Source: Marsupella aquatica
Lineage: Eukaryota; Plantae; Marchantiophyta
NCBI GenBank assembly: GCA_973895155.1
Contig: OZ316899.1
Coordinates: 4,963,241-5,027,240, forward strand
Reading direction: 5' to 3'
Length of the DNA: 64,000 nucleotides
Shown here: piece by piece, positions 1-12,141 of the stretch
How positions within the stretch are numbered: the first letter of the stretch is position 1
How the letters are laid out: each line of letters opens with the position of its first letter
Notes under the pieces: model-generated
What the model was told of the DNA's origin: nothing
What the model saw: the letters and a program-made list of their open reading frames with translations, nothing else
Databases searched by the model: none
Program-made: the position numbers and the translations under genes

Positions 1-3000
1 AATTTTGAAAGACAAAATGTTATGTGTTTTCGATGGAAATCATCGTCTCTACTCATGGATGCAGCTTGCGGACGAGAATCCACATGATGTCAAATATCAT
101 CCTCGAGTTGCTTGCCAAATTTTCAAGGGTGACAAGAACTCATTCGTGCAGATTGAGTCGGGGATGCATGCATTGAATAGGTTTGTTTCTATTCCTTCAA
201 GAAGTGAATTGTATATAAAATTCTTTCAGTTCCTCTTGTTAGCGATCTTGCTGACCTGTTTTTTTGGTTCAGGTTGACTCAATGTCACGTTGAGAATTCT
301 TGGGTCCTTGAAGCACAACGAGTCTAGAAGGTGCTCAGCAATGACCTTTTTGTATACAAAGATATCATTGATGCAGACAACTACAAACTTTTCTAGCAGA
401 AGATGGCAAATATCAGGAAACCGGCTTGGTATTCAAAGAACATGACACTCGATGCCTGCACGTATATTATCTTGCACGTATATGCAGCAGATATATTTGC
501 AGCTAATATTTGCAGATATATTGCAGCGCAGACGGAAGATTTAAAGAAGAAGTTCCAGTTGAAAGAAGCGCAAGGGGAACCGCTTTCAAAAGCTGCGCAA
601 GACATGGCTATGAAAGACATGATGAAGGAGCAACTAGCAGATTGGAATGTGAAGGTGCCAAAGATTGGACCTCTTCTGAATCCTGAGTTTGGTGACTTTT
701 TCCAGAAGTGTGTTGAGATGCACAACTACTGCGAACATGAGAGGAAAGAGGCCCAACGAATAGACGATAAAGGAAGGGGTAATGTGTCATGTGGTCTCGA
801 TCATGCGAGACTATTTACGGGTGTCTCTTCGTTGACTCCGCAACTCAGATGTGTACTACTTGAGGCACAATGCAGACCTGAGCTTTGCAAGAAGTACTTC
901 CACCCTGGTCAATTCTTGGATAGCGAAACAAACCTTTGGCTTCACCGATGGGCTGTATGGGAGCAGGTCAAGTCAATTTGTTCTTCACTCATGTCTGAGA
1001 TTATTTCAGAGTTGATCCCAACTATTCCAGATGCGAGGATCCTTACTTCGTCTGAGAAGACAAAGCCATCGCTGATCCTTGACATAGAGGAGGACTTTGA
1101 AGATTTCCAAACGAGAGTGAAATCTTGTTTTTTCAAACAGATTTGACCACCAAAGTCGGATGAGAAGATTGACATCTCACTTTTTTGGAGGAGGGCGAAG
1201 AGATATACGTATTGTTTTTTTGTGGATAGAGAAGTTGTTGACAAAACATATTGGTGGTCCTATCCTGCTTGCTTCTTGCCTTGGATAGCAGGGGTGAAAG
1301 AGGATCCAACCTCCGTTAAATACGAAGAGTACTCGATGTACCCATGTGAGGGAGTGGAGGCTCCAAGGAAGATGAGTGAGTGGGAAGTCCTTCATTGTCC
1401 ATGGTATTTAGAATCAGATAAATGGGCAGTGACATTTGACACAGCAGAGAAGGCAGCCTTTCATATGATAAATCGAGGCTTGATACCAGAGTCGTACATT
1501 ACAGAGTCCAAATTAGCTCCTGCAGAAGCAGAGGTTGGCGGATGTGAGGCAATGGAGAAAGTTGTTCTTGGTGTAGTTGCCATTGTTGACCGGAGTAGAT
1601 GGAGAAGACCTGGGAAGGTGCCGATGAAGGACACGTCCAAAGATGGATCAGTCTTGTCTGGGAAGAAAAGTAAGTCTTTTTCTCCTCTTTTTTTCATACT
1701 GCAGTCGAAGCAATTTTGTCTAAGTGACCTGTCTGACATGAACTTGTTTTCCAGAGAAGAGAAAGGCTGTAGTCTCTGGGAGTTTGAAGAGTGGGGCGGA
1801 TGATGGAGAAGAACCCAAGTCTCCTGATGTTGAGGTCACAACAAAATCTGCTGTGACCTTGGTTCAATCAAGCGTTTAAAGAGGAAGCGTAATGTCCAAA
1901 TTCTCTCCGACTCAGATGAGGAGGAAGCATGTGTCGCTCAAGGAGTAGCACGAATGTGTGGTCTTAAGGACGGTGAGAGACGTTTCTTGGCAAAAAGCAA
2001 TCTCACAAAAACTGCAAACTCAATTAGCCAGAGGAAAGTAAGACCTCCCTGGATGGGCGATGCGGATCAGAGGTTGTCTGGAATGAGCAAATCGAGCGAA
2101 CACCCAAACCCAATGATGATCAACGGCAAACATTATGCTGGGATTGGTGCTCACTTGGGTTTCATTTTCCTTCCCACGGGTCATCGAACGAGTGTCACAG
2201 ACCGGGAGGTCCCGAAGTGGAATGTTTGGAGTGAGAAATTACCATATTATTTCTTTGGAGTCATGCGTCCGATGCTTGTCGATGATGGTTATGTCGCAGT
2301 TCTTCACAGCTTTGACTATAACCATATGAGACAAAAAAATTATGCCGTTGAGCAAAAGAACAAATTCAAACATGTTTGGCAGTATTTGGTTTTGCTTTCA
2401 TCTCCTTTGTATCAGGCAGATATGGACATCGAGGTAAGATATCCATGATATTTTGCGTGCAATTTTTGCTAGCGAGCTCGCTAACCAAAAGTGCCCATTT
2501 ATGACATATTCTTGTTTTCAATTCAGGTAGTTACTCTCATTATGGATGTATTCTGCAAGGTGGAATTCTCAGCAAAAGTCCCAAAACATACAGGATATGT
2601 TCCAATGACTTCCTCTGAGGATGCCCACCATAAATTGATGTTGAGTGTTTGCTACCCAAAAACTAATCCCAATCCCAGGGCGGCTTTCGCAGGTTCCAAT
2701 AGATTGTCAGTTGGTTCATGCAAGCCGTAATGGAGATCCTTACTTTGCCAAAGGACATTGTCATTGACTGGGCTGTTGGAGATGGAAGTGCTTTTGCCGT
2801 TGGGGAATACGCTGGGAGATTTGTTGTGGGTGTTGAAGATCAAGACATTCTTCATCTATGTGCGCAAAAATCTCTGGCAAATGTGTTGGAGAGACATGCC
2901 CAGAACTTGAAAGGGGCCGCAGATCCAAAGAATGATGATCCCAATGATGAAGGATTGGATGATGAGTTCACGATCCTAGGAGATGATCAGGGAGGACCTT

Positions 3001-3808
3001 TGGACAAGAAGGACGAATTCGACCTGGAGTAAAGCACTTGGCCTTTGATGTCGAATTCCCTATTTCATTGGTGTTTTTCTGTTATTTGTAGAATTTTTGG
3101 ATGTGTAGTATTGATCCGATGCTGGTGATTTCTTCAGTGATAGGCGTTCGGATTGGTTTTCGGAGCAGAGATTCCGTCTTCGGAAAGAAATCGAGGATCA
3201 TTTTCTTGTGACCCCTGAGAAGGGATTTGCGCTTCCTTGCTATGCTGAAAAGTCTGCAAAGGAGGTTGGTGAAGCACCCGTCATTTTGACTTGGGAGGGG
3301 TAAGGTCTGCGGTTAGTGAGGGGTGCTCGAAAAGCCTTTTACTGCCCTCAGTTCATAGATGATGAGGCTGGTACTATAGCACAGTATGTTGACAATTTGG
3401 CTGAGGAGACTGATAGGGAGTCGAGTAGCGATCCTAGTAATTCCTCACATGATTTGGAATCAGAGGATTCTCAATGACTCATGGTCAATTTCACATGTAA
3501 TCTCATTCCAGAAGATATTTGTCATACCAAAGCTTTATTAAAGATGGATTGTGAATGGTTTTTTGAACTTGTTTTGTTGATAGTGATGATGCCTTTTCAT
3601 TCAGTTCAGTGTTGTTAAGATCTCAAGTTTTTTGGTTGTGAATATTTCAGTATCTGCATTTCCCTTTTTCATAACTGTTTCACAATATATATCGACAATC
3701 TTACTTGGGAATCTGCCTTAACTACCCTGAAGGTACCCACAAACTTGCCTCGCTAGCCTGCTGTCCTCGCTAGCAAAACTCCTATTTGCTCGCACAATAG
3801 AATACCTT
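1..3808 (+). mobile_element. Right part of MULE-like element A, carrying ParB-MTase-like gene copy 1
   Basis: The gene is homologous to the cargo of the complete element at 31356-56312. CTCGCTAG motifs occur at 3749 and 3766. The putative terminus ...AATACCTT (3801-3808) resembles the reverse complement of the GGGGTATT termini of the other MULEs and abuts Gypsy LTR sequence. The left end is outside the window, so no TSD can be checked. Confidence 0.55.
5..3477 (+). pseudogene. ParB/Srx-domain + N6/N4-methyltransferase-like multidomain gene, copy 1 (5' end outside window)
   Basis: VFDGNHRLYSW is a ParB/Srx GxxR motif (exon 5-180). GT-AG introns at 181-272, 1670-1754, 2434-2526 and about 3029-3138. 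MTase-like segments are AHLGFIFLPTG...LVDDGYVAVLHS and LTLPKDIVIDWAVGDGSAFAVGEYAGRFVVGVE (motif I region). A final acidic exon runs to 3477. Several stops and frameshifts. Confidence 0.8.
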
Positions 3809-4009
3809 GACTAATGATGTCCTATTCATAATTACTACCTACTTTAGTGTCGTTATGCTAATAACTACGGACTACTAAGCCATAGTGCACGTGCTAAGCT
3901 CGGATTAGGCCAGATTACTCATTACCCGTCGTGCTGGCGGAGTCACATAGCTCCCTACTTAACTGTGAAGCATCCTTGCGAACATTACTATCGGCGGTAT
4001 CATCTTGAT

Positions 4010-4742
4010 GATGGTACTTCTTCACACAATCATAATTGACTTGTGTGGGAAGTACATTGTTGGCATACGTCGCAAGTTCCATAGATCCGTTTGGTTATAT
4101 CTGATTGACGAGGAAAGGTCCCAACCAGTGAGTATGCAGCTTCCCTGGAAATTGCATGTACCGGCTGTTGTATAGGAGGACCAAATCTCCTGCCAAGATG
4201 TCGACCTTTCAAAATCCTTTGTCGTGCTGCTTTGCTGCGTGCCGAGCTGCGAGTACCTGGGATTCCTTACGATTCAGATAGGTCTTACGATGTTTGACCA
4301 GGTACCGCTATCTTGTTGATGAAGTGTGTACCCCGGTCGCTGACTATCTCTAATGGTGGCCCAAAGCGAGTGAAGATTTGTTTGTACAAGAACCGGGCAC
4401 TGGTGGCTGCATCATCTTTTATTGTAGCTCGGGCTTCAACCCACTTGGTGGAATAATCAATGGCCAGCAGGATGTACTTGCATCGACGCTGTCAAGTGAC
4501 TGGTGTAAACGGACCAATGTAATCTATGCCCCATTTCTTGAACAGCGCATGCGGAAGTATGGAAGCCATAGGGTGGTTACGTGACTTCCTTGGGGCACCG
4601 GCTTGCTGGCACAAGTCACAACCCTTAATGAATTGTTGTACATCCCGATGGAGGGTGGGCCACCAGTAGCCCAAATCCAAAAAATTTCAGGCAGTGGTGA
4701 TGGTCGCAAATTGGCCCCCCACATCCTCCTCATGTAAAGCTC
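4010..4742 (-). pseudogene. Gypsy integrase (3' part of pol)
   Basis: GYWWPTLHRDVQQFIKGCDLCQ (zinc finger), KWGIDYIGP and VSDRGTHF core, C-terminal VNYDCVKKYH. Frameshifted and internally deleted. Confidence 0.9.
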
Positions 4743-7700
4743 TGTGATGCCTAGCCAGGAATCACTAGGCCAGTTAAGTGGGGAAAACGGAGGTGTACCC
4801 TATAAACACATTAGTATAGTAACAAAAACAAGGAAAATATAAACAATTAGGGTGACTATGGAACCCGGGCCAAGGTCAGAGGTAAGGACGTCGGGGAAGA
4901 GAACACGATTAGGGTTAGGGTGCGCTAAGCATCGGCGGCTAGGGGTAACCAATGGGAGGAAAGACCAGAGGAGGAGAGGGGTAAGGACCGCTCGCGAGGA
5001 ATGGTGGCTCATTTGCAAGCACAAACTGGGCAGACGACTACGGAAGGCCAACTACTTTTAGCTGCTTAGGCAAGCACTCTGGGCGGGAGCAGATACCAAC
5101 GATCAAGTCAAGGAGGGTATGAGCAACGTCAATCAAGCGGCATATTTTTGGGGATGCCTATTTGAACGGGCAACTGAGTACATTAGGACTTACGAGAATG
5201 AAGAATCGGAGAGAGCAGCTCGAGAATGGCAGGAGCTCGCTCGACTGTGGGAGCTGCAGAAGTCTGCCTTCTTAGGAGGAGAACTCATCAAGGCCGAGTT
5301 CTTGTGGACTCCTACTGCCAATCAGCTCGATGACCTTCTGTTTTGCGAAGACAGAATCGTCGGCATTCGGGAAGCCATCAACCGCTGCAACAATGTGCAC
5401 TGGGAGTTGAAGGGTAGCACAGAGGGGTGGACAAAGGCAACTGTGCTAGGAGAAACATCCACGGCAGCTGAGATGAAGAGGAAAGGAAACAACAACGAAG
5501 AGGCCACCCCGGTAAAAAGAACGAGGTCGGCGGCACCAAGGAAGCCAGTAGAGCAATAGAACAGGAGGCAGGGAGAAGCCGAAGAGGAGGAGGTCGATCC
5601 CATCAATGCCATTCCAACAAAGGATGACACCTGGAAAGGCTGGGCGGCAACCCTACCAGAGGAAGTGCAATTACATTTTGCACGGGAGGAGGATGCATGC
5701 TTTACGGCCATGCAGACCAAGAAGTACCAGGGCTTCATGGCCGGATCCGGCTTGGAAGCCTTTGTAAGATTACCATGGCTAAAGCCGGAGGTGCCGGACT
5801 CAAACTTATTAGAATTCGTGGGATCTTGGAAACCCGAGACCAATTCCACGAGGGTGTATGGGAAGGATTTCTATCTCACTCCCCGAGTGATTGCCAAGGT
5901 GTTTGGCTTGCCGATGGGTAATAAGACCAAGGTTGATACCAGGAAGACCTTACCTGACAAGGAGTTCCGGTCATTCCCAGGACCATCAACGAAGAATGGC
6001 TTCTTCCGGAACACCTGCACCAACCCGCACATCGGAGAGATGATCGATTTCTTGTGGGTGACCATGCATTGTAACTTGCCGAGGGCAGAGATCGACAAGG
6101 CTCAGGTCTACCTGGCAGAAAGGCCAGACCCAAGCCGGGATTACAACGGGTACCTCCTCAACCAACTGAAGAAGATCTTGAAGGAGGAACAACAGGTGAT
6201 TGGCGTGGGAAGCGTGTCCCGGCTTGGCTATCACATGCCGTTGTTGTGCCGGTATGTCAGAAGTCAAATCTTTGCCCTAGTACTTCCCCTATTGGCAAGG
6301 GCACCGGAGCAGAGGCCGGCAATAGAAGAGCCCAACCAGTCTGGCATTCCTACGATTGAGCAGGTGTTTTGGCCAAGGAAAGAAGACTTGCCGATGCAGC
6401 AATCAGGCTTGCAGAATCTGCTGAAATTGCTGGAGAAGGAGAGAACGGCACCGACAACGGCAATGGCACCAGTACAGGACACTGCCCCAGAGGCCGGCCT
6501 AAGCCGACTCAGGAGGGAAAACCCCTTACCAGAGCCAATGAGAGAAGGAGGCCGGAACACAAGCTGGGAGTTTGAATGTATGTGGGAGCCTCAAGCCCCG
6601 AATCGGAGGCAGAGCAACCTAAGGCTCCTTCCCGCGGAAAGCAGAGGGAGAGGACAGCCTGGAAACCAGAGGAGGAACCAGAGCCCGTGATCTGTGAGGC
6701 CGTTTTCACGGCAGGACCAGGGGAACAGAGGGGGAAGCCGGGAGTCCAAGCAGTGGAGGAGGCGGTGGAGGACTACAACAATGATAACTCCGGCTATGGG
6801 TTGGATCATCATGTTCTAGGAGTAAGGACCTGTGGCCGGTTTATCCCCACGCTTCCAAGAGTAGTTCGAGGGGATCCCACCCAACAGAGTAGCCCTGAGT
6901 CTCCCCCACCAGAGGTTGCTCCCCCGAGCTTTGATGGCATAAAGCAGACGCCACAAGAATTTCAGGAGCGACTTAGGGAGGAAGAGAAAGCAGCCCTGGC
7001 TAGGGAGAAAGATTTACCAGGAGGAGATTGGCCGGAGGACATCAGGCGGCTTGCCAAAAAAAGAAGCAACCCTCTTGCCACCGTAGAAGAAATCCGCAAG
7101 GCCGCTTGGGAACAGAGGCCGAGGTGGTTGATGCCGATGACTTCTACTTACTCCACCTATGCTAAAGATACGGCCATGGAGTACGGGGAGATGTGTGGGG
7201 ACCTGGCACTCAGCATCTTTGGGGAGGAGTTGGAGCAGGGACCTTTTTTCCAGAGGGAGATGTTGGAGAAGCACCAATTAGAAGAAGTGGTGGCTTTTGA
7301 GAGAAGCAAGAAGGACGAGGTCATCCGACGGCTTAGGGAGATGGAAGCCGAGGTGGAAGACCTACAGGCAGCCAAGAAAGCCCAAGATGAGCTGCGGATT
7401 AAGCGGCATGAGCTAAACATCATGCAAGGACAATTGGATGCCGCTCAGTCTGGCAATCAGATTATCAAAGATAAACTAACTCGGACCCAAGGAGAGTTGG
7501 CCGGCGCGGTCAAGGACAGGGAAAAGTGGAAGCAGGAGCTGAGGGACGCAGAGGAGACCCACATAACCGCCAACAACCGGGCCATGGCGGAGACTCAAAG
7601 AAAGGAGAGGGCGTTGAAAGGAGAGCTCAAGGATATCCGCGGAGCCCTTGAGTAGAAGGAGGCCGAGTTAGGGAAATCCTATCAAGGGATTATTGCGCTG

Positions 7701-9440
7701 CAGGAGGAGCTTGCATCCCTGATGGCCAGCTTCAAGGTCGACCTGCGTGAGAAGGACAACTAGCTCGACCAGACTTATGCCAAGATGAATAAGATGGAGT
7801 CTGAGGTCGTAGCAGAGCTCGACAAGGAGCTAAGAGCAACCCAGGAGGAGAGGGCTACCTTAAAATTGGAATTGGAGGAAGCCAGAAAGGAGCTGCAGGA
7901 GGGACGGAAGGACCTGGAGGAAGCCCAGGAGGAGTTGGAGGAAACCACCAGGAAGATGGAGAACTTACAGCGGCGGGCCGACAACCAAACGGAGCGGCTG
8001 AAGAAACAGGTCGCAGTATTTAAGTGCTTAGCTTCGTCTGGTCCAATTCCAATTGTGGGAACTCCGTTACCAGGAGGGGTACTGGCCGAAGGACAAGCCG
8101 AGACACACGCCCCGATGCCGGAGGTAGGTAGCAAGGGGAAGGGACCAGCTACCGAAACAAGGAAGAAGAAGAAGCGGAAACCTTCTGGGTCTGGGAGTTA
8201 TACGGCTTACCAAGCTGTTGTGACCCAGGAGGGGCACCAACCTCTGGCACGGTCATGGCAGTAGATCCACCTGTTGAAGAAGGTGGGGATGGCAAGGCCA
8301 AGGCCGGGACAGCTATTGATGAAGCCGAGGTACCGGATCCTCCACTAGAACATGTCGGGAAGGCCGAAGCCGTATCAAAGGCCGTGACCGATGCTGAGGC
8401 CTAAGCCGAGGGTGGACCCAGTCAAGCCGATGAAGAGTTGACTCGGTCCGGGGCAGGTAATCTGTCAGAGGACGGACCGATGGCAGTGGCTGCGGGGGAA
8501 GCGTTGGGGGCGTCCATTGAGGATCCGCCACCGGTGTCGTGACGGTGCAAGGGCGCCATTCCTTTAAGGAAGGGCGGACGTGGAGGTAGGAGGCGTGAGT
8601 GGGCAGGGCGGGCTCAGATCTCCAAGTTTAGGATTAGGATCAAGACCAGGAGACGGCCCTAACACTTAGATTAGTGGGATGGCGGATCCACTGGTAGGAG
8701 CAACACTTGTGCTCCTGCCTTGCTGTACAGTTAGGTAGATTACAGGTAGGATAGATTAAGCTTACGCAACAAAGTTATGGACAGATCCGCTGCCAGGATA
8801 AATACCTGGGCAGCGGGGAGTCTAGGGCCTCTTCTTTAGCAAGTTTTTAGTTGCACCAGTAGGGCTGGGAGTAGTAAGAGAAACTCTTGGTTAGTTATAC
8901 AGTGACCCTTGTGTATATTCATGTTTCCTCATGCCTAAGAACTGAATAGAGTTGGCCTCACGGCTTAGTTCGCAGAGCTTGTGTATGAGATGTACTGTTT
9001 GTATGGCAAGTGCATGGTATAACTCAGTCAAAAGGAGTCATTTTGCTATTTGTGTGTCGCATTAACTTGTGTGAAGAGTGCCCACATCAATGAAGGGAAG
9101 TAGCAAGGGAGTGAGAGTTGGATGTGTCGAGCTGAGAGAGGTCTTAGCGGCTTAACCAAGCCAATTGGGGATCATTCCAGTGGCGGAATCCAAACATACC
9201 TAATGAAGGACCAAGAGAGGAATACAAGGGAAGGCCTAGAATAGGCCGGCTAAGTATCTCATGACCCGACGAAGGATCTGTCCAATATATGTGTGTAAAA
9301 TGTTAATAGTAGTAGAAGGAGAGTTAGCAGCGTCCCATGCCGCTAAGCCGCGGAAACGGCCTCGCCGAGGATGAAACCTGCGGGAATCGGCTTGAGCAAG
9401 CGGGTTTTCTTGGGTTTGGGGAGCCATGGGACGCACCACA
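4743..9440. mobile_element. 4.7-kb solo-LTR-like insertion encoding ORFs
   Basis: Starts TGTGATGC and ends GCACCACA. A perfect 5-bp TSD AGCTC lies at 4738-4742 and 9441-9445. Removing it restores the host pol frame (IVMRA|LHEED). No internal LTR pair and no gag/pol seen. Confidence 0.8.
5119..8520 (+). pseudogene. Long disrupted accessory ORF (Athila/Tat-type plant transposon protein domain + coiled coil)
   Basis: ORFs 5119-5559, 5665-6690, 6576-7655 and 7785-8264 are joined by TAG stops and one frameshift. GLEAFVRLPW...LLEFVGSW...TRVYGKDFYLTPRVIAKVFGLP resembles Gypsy accessory ORFs, followed by a long E/K/R heptad region. Confidence 0.65.
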
Positions 9441-9445
9441 AGCTC

Positions 9446-11100
9446 GCATCACAATGAGCGCCTCCTTGTATTCAAGGCAATGCCGCAGCTTCCCATTAAC
9501 GCCTTCTTTATGCAAGTGGCCTTGTATCATTATGTACGGCCCGGCCTTGCATAAAAATACTATTGCGGCATCCTGATTAATTCTGATAGGGATTTGCCCC
9601 GTCAAGAGGAAAGTAATGAGCGGTCCGTACCAAGTGGACGTGCCCTCCCCTACATGGAACAACTCCTCATCCGGGAAGGTATTATTAATAGGCTGATCGA
9701 CTGATACACTGTCTAATCGCAAAAAGAAATCCGCATTAAGGTGTGCCTTTCTTGGCCGAACCCGAACTTCGTAGTTAAACTCTTGCAAGAGCAGAACCCA
9801 TCTGGCTATCCGTCCCGTAACATCTACTTTGTTCACCATATATTTCAGGCTATCATGATGTGTGTGGAAAATGACTTCATAGCCGAGCAGATAATGCCAA
9901 AACTATTTACACAAATAGATTATCTCGAGAGCCTCCCGATCTGTGGGCAAGTAAGTTTTCTTGGCTCCAAATAGCTGACGGTTGGCAAAGTAGATGGGGT
10001 GATTGCGGCCGTCATCGTCCAACTGACTTAGAATGGAGCCGATGCAAAAGCCCAAAACATCGACATACACATGGAACTCTTTATTCCAATCCGGGATTAC
10101 CATGATGGGTGCCGTGGTGAGCCGACGCCTGAGTTCCTTGAATGCTATACGCCTTCGAGGTGTTTCTTTGATCACTCTGTCCTTCTTCATCATCTTTGTT
10201 AGTGGTAGTGCAATCTTAGCAACGTCTCTAATGAAGTGGCAATAATATCCAACGCACCCGAGGAACGATTGGACGGCCTTTTGGTCCACGGGGAAAACAA
10301 CCGCCATCCAAGCGGCCACCTTCTCCTGATCCACTTCTATGCCTCGTTTTGACACACGATGGTCAAGTAAGACTCCTTCCTCTACCCCCAAAAAACACTT
10401 GGTCGGATGCAACTTTAAGTTGACTTCCCTGCACTGCTGCAGCGTACGACGTAAATGCTTTGGGTGCATGGCAACAGTCCCAAATATTGCAAAGTCATCA
10501 ATAAATATTTCCAAAAACTCTTGTAAGAAGTCTGAATGGAAAATATTCATCATGAGTCTTTGGAACATGGCCAGAGCGTTACATAATCCAAAAGGCATTC
10601 TACCGAATGCAAACATCCCCCACTCCGTGGTGAACGTTGTCTTAAGCTGATCCAGCAATTGGATCCAAATTTGATTGTAACTTGAATACCCATCGAGGAA
10701 GTATATATCTCATTTTGGGCTACCATATCCAGGACCATTCCGTAAATGGTAACGGGTAATGATCCTTCCAAGTGGCGTCATTCAGCTTACAATAGTCTTG
10801 GCAGATGCGAATCTTGGGCTTCTCTTCTATACCTCCCTTTTTGGGTACAATGACAATGGGGGACACCTAGTCATTGGCCATTACTGGGTAGATGATATCC
10901 GCGGCTAACAGGCGGTCAATCTCTTCCTTAACCAGGATGGAGTAATGCGGGTTCATGCAATGTTGCCGTTGTCGTACGGCATGAGCCCCTAAGTTTAAAT
11001 TGATTGTGTGCTCTCCCAGTTTGGGGGAGATGCCGGTAAGTTCATGATGACTCCATGCAAACACGTCATTGTATTCCTTGAGTAATGATGGAATAGACTT
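9446..11100 (-). pseudogene. Gypsy reverse transcriptase / RNase H
   Basis: TTFTTEWGMFAFGRMPFGLCNA, EIFIDDFAIFG (YxDD position), FHVYVD...GSILSQ...HPIYFA and GRIARWVLLLQEF. Confidence 0.95.
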
Positions 11101-11599
11101 CTCAGAATCTCCCTTTAGGGCATGGCCCAAATTGAAGGACTTGTCCATCCCGGTGGTGTACTTCCGGTAATGCTCCTTCCTTATCACCTCTACCTGATTC
11201 CGTAATCCGGGGTCCAAACTAGCATCTAGTTTGGCTAATTGGGTACCTTCGTACATTGGAGGTATGGGGGTTGGTTTTGGGGTCGGGGCCGCTTCTTCTT
11301 GTAATGGTGGGATTGACACTCTTCTTATGCTTTGGCTTTGAGGTTTCAACCTTGGGTTGAGGATCAGCAACTTCTGGAGTAGGTGCTCTTGACTCGGCTC
11401 CCTGCTTAGCCTGAGCCGTGTCCTCCGCTTCTTCTGTGTCAATGACTACTACTAGGTGATTGTCTGTCAAGGTGCTGTATGGACCCGTGATGGCGGCGGG
11501 TACTACTTCCTTTGGGTAATTCAGGAGGTGAGTTTCCCAAATTGCCTCTACTCCAAAAACATCCTCTTTTGAAAGGGATGAAATGAGCTTGATCATATT

Positions 11600-12063
11600 G
11601 AGTTCTTCTTCCTCTGATGTCTCTGAATCATACTCCTCAGGGCCTTGAGGCGTCTTGCCTTGGTAATCATCCACAGCCCAGGAGACGCGTACCACAGGGG
11701 TCCCAAACCTTAACTCTTTCTTTCCCCAGTCCGTGATCATGCGGCCTCCGTACAGCCATGGTCTCCCCAAGAGAACCGGGTAGGAGGATGGTCGGACCCG
11801 CTTCATGACCAGAAAGTTAAGAAGAACTCTACACCTCCTACCAGAGTGCGGATCTTGGTGAGCGTACCTAAGGGTAGTACTCTTGCTCCATTTGCTAGCC
11901 AAATCGCACGGGCTGTAGGCTGATACGTGAGGTACCCCCTTCTTACGGACGTTTTTTCCGTCATTATGTCAACTCTTGTGCCCCCGTCCACAAGGACCAT
12001 CTTGATAGTACAGCCCTTGATTTCAATCGAGATATCCGGGGCTCCTAGGTCTTCACAGATCAT
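11600..12063 (-). pseudogene. Gypsy aspartic protease
   Basis: VLVDGGTRVDIM and YPVLLGRPWL. Confidence 0.85.
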
Positions 12064-12141
12064 ATTACAATCTGCAGTACCTACATGGGGTAGCCTTCGC
12101 CTTCTTTGACCCGTGAGCAGCTCCCTCAGTTGTTGTTGATA

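Noticed and set aside
5-3477. Bacterial contamination or a prophage ParB-MTase gene
   Set aside because: It has conserved GT-AG introns and is embedded among plant LTR, LINE and MULE elements.
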